NCBI RefSeq assembly: GCF_006345805.1
Contig: NC_043004.1
Location: forward strand, 5,580,001-5,644,000
DNA: 64,000 bases
Origin: Octopus sinensis
Taxonomy: Eukaryota
Reading direction: 5' to 3'
Shown: piece by piece, positions 62,986 through 64,000 of the stretch
How positions within the stretch are numbered: the first letter of the stretch is position 1
Layout: each line of letters starts with the position of its first letter
Position numbers and translations under genes: made by a program
Notes under the pieces: model-generated
What the model saw: the letters and a program-made list of their open reading frames with translations, nothing else
Told to the model about the DNA's origin: nothing
The model's database searches: none

Positions 62986-64000
62986 TACCAAATCAACTCA
63001 CAAGGCTTTTGTTGGCCTGAGGCAATTAATTTAAATGCAAGGTTGTTATATGAACAATAACAAGTGTATTTACTGTCAGACTGGATTGAAAGTGTTGGAT
63101 TCTTTATCACTAATAATGATTGCTTCTGATTTAGGGAGTGAGGTTAGCTGATTAAATCTATTCCAGCACTTATTTTCTTCCCAAGGTCTAGGACTCATAA
63201 GCTTACTCAGTTTCCATGGCACATAAGTGACCAAAATCACAGCATTCACCTGAACAGGATGTCAATCTGTTGCAGGGTTCAAGGCCAGAAATTTTTTGAT
63301 GGGAGGGGCCAAGATGATTATATTGACCTCTAGTACTTGACAGATGATTTATTTATCTGCCCTGAAGGGATGGAAAGCAAATTTGACTTGGTAGGATTTG
63401 AATTCGAAATGTAAACAGCCACAAGAAATGTCATTATGCATTTTGTCCAATGTGCTAATGATTTGCCAGTTTGCTGTCTTATCCTAGTTCTTGACTAATA
63501 CTTGTTGTCCCTAGAAGGATGAAAGACAAAGTAGACCTCAGTGGTATTGGAACTCAGAATATAAAAAACCAGAAGACACATTGGTTTCAAATTTTGGCAC
63601 ACAGCAAACAATTTCAAGGGAGTGGGTAAATCAATTACATTGACCCTAGTGTTCAACTGGTACTTATTTTATTGACCCTGAAAGGGAGAAAGGCAAAGAT
63701 GACCTCAGTGGAATTTTGAGCACAGAACGTATAGACAGATGAAATACTGCTAAGCATTTTGCCCAGTGTGCTAATAGTTCTGCCAGCTTGCCACCTTAGA
63801 GCCAAAAGAAATATTGCAAGGTATTTTGCCTGCTTCTCTCAGTGAGAATTCTTCCAATCTGATATTTGTCAAGAAGAATCACTTTCAAATCAAATTTTCA
63901 GTCTATGTTCATCAATATAATAAAATATTACTATAAAATATAATAGGTTCAGTCATGGCTATGTGGTTGAGAAGTTTGCTTCACAGCCACACGGTTTCAT

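Overview
AT-rich, repeat-dense eukaryotic DNA. The repeat vocabulary points to a coleoid cephalopod, most likely Octopus (inference): RTE 3' ends with (GAT)n tails, composite tRNA/CORE-like SINEs and very abundant (TA)n/(CA)n/(ATT)n/(CAT)n microsatellites. No intact protein-coding gene is recognisable, and nearly all long ORFs in the track are microsatellite or transposon artefacts. The window holds decayed transposase and RT relics (maT and mariner, RTE, R4/Dong-type, CR1-type), many hAT, piggyBac, mariner and pogo MITEs, Helitron-like elements and several SINE families. A TE-poor block at about 43.7-48.4 kb has a CCAAT/CRE promoter and a probable first exon preceded by three stacked uORFs. 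The best leads are: (1) an ORF1-only (gag/CCHC) non-LTR element whose 3' tail matches a SINE tail and which appears to sit inside a paralogue of itself; (2) minimal type-I hammerhead ribozyme motifs, one at the tail of a tRNA-headed SINE-like element; (3) a foldback DNA element carrying internal (TTAGGG)n; (4) head-to-tail Helitrons; (5) a nascent satellite built from an RTE 3' UTR. Coordinates were counted by hand and may be off by a few bases.
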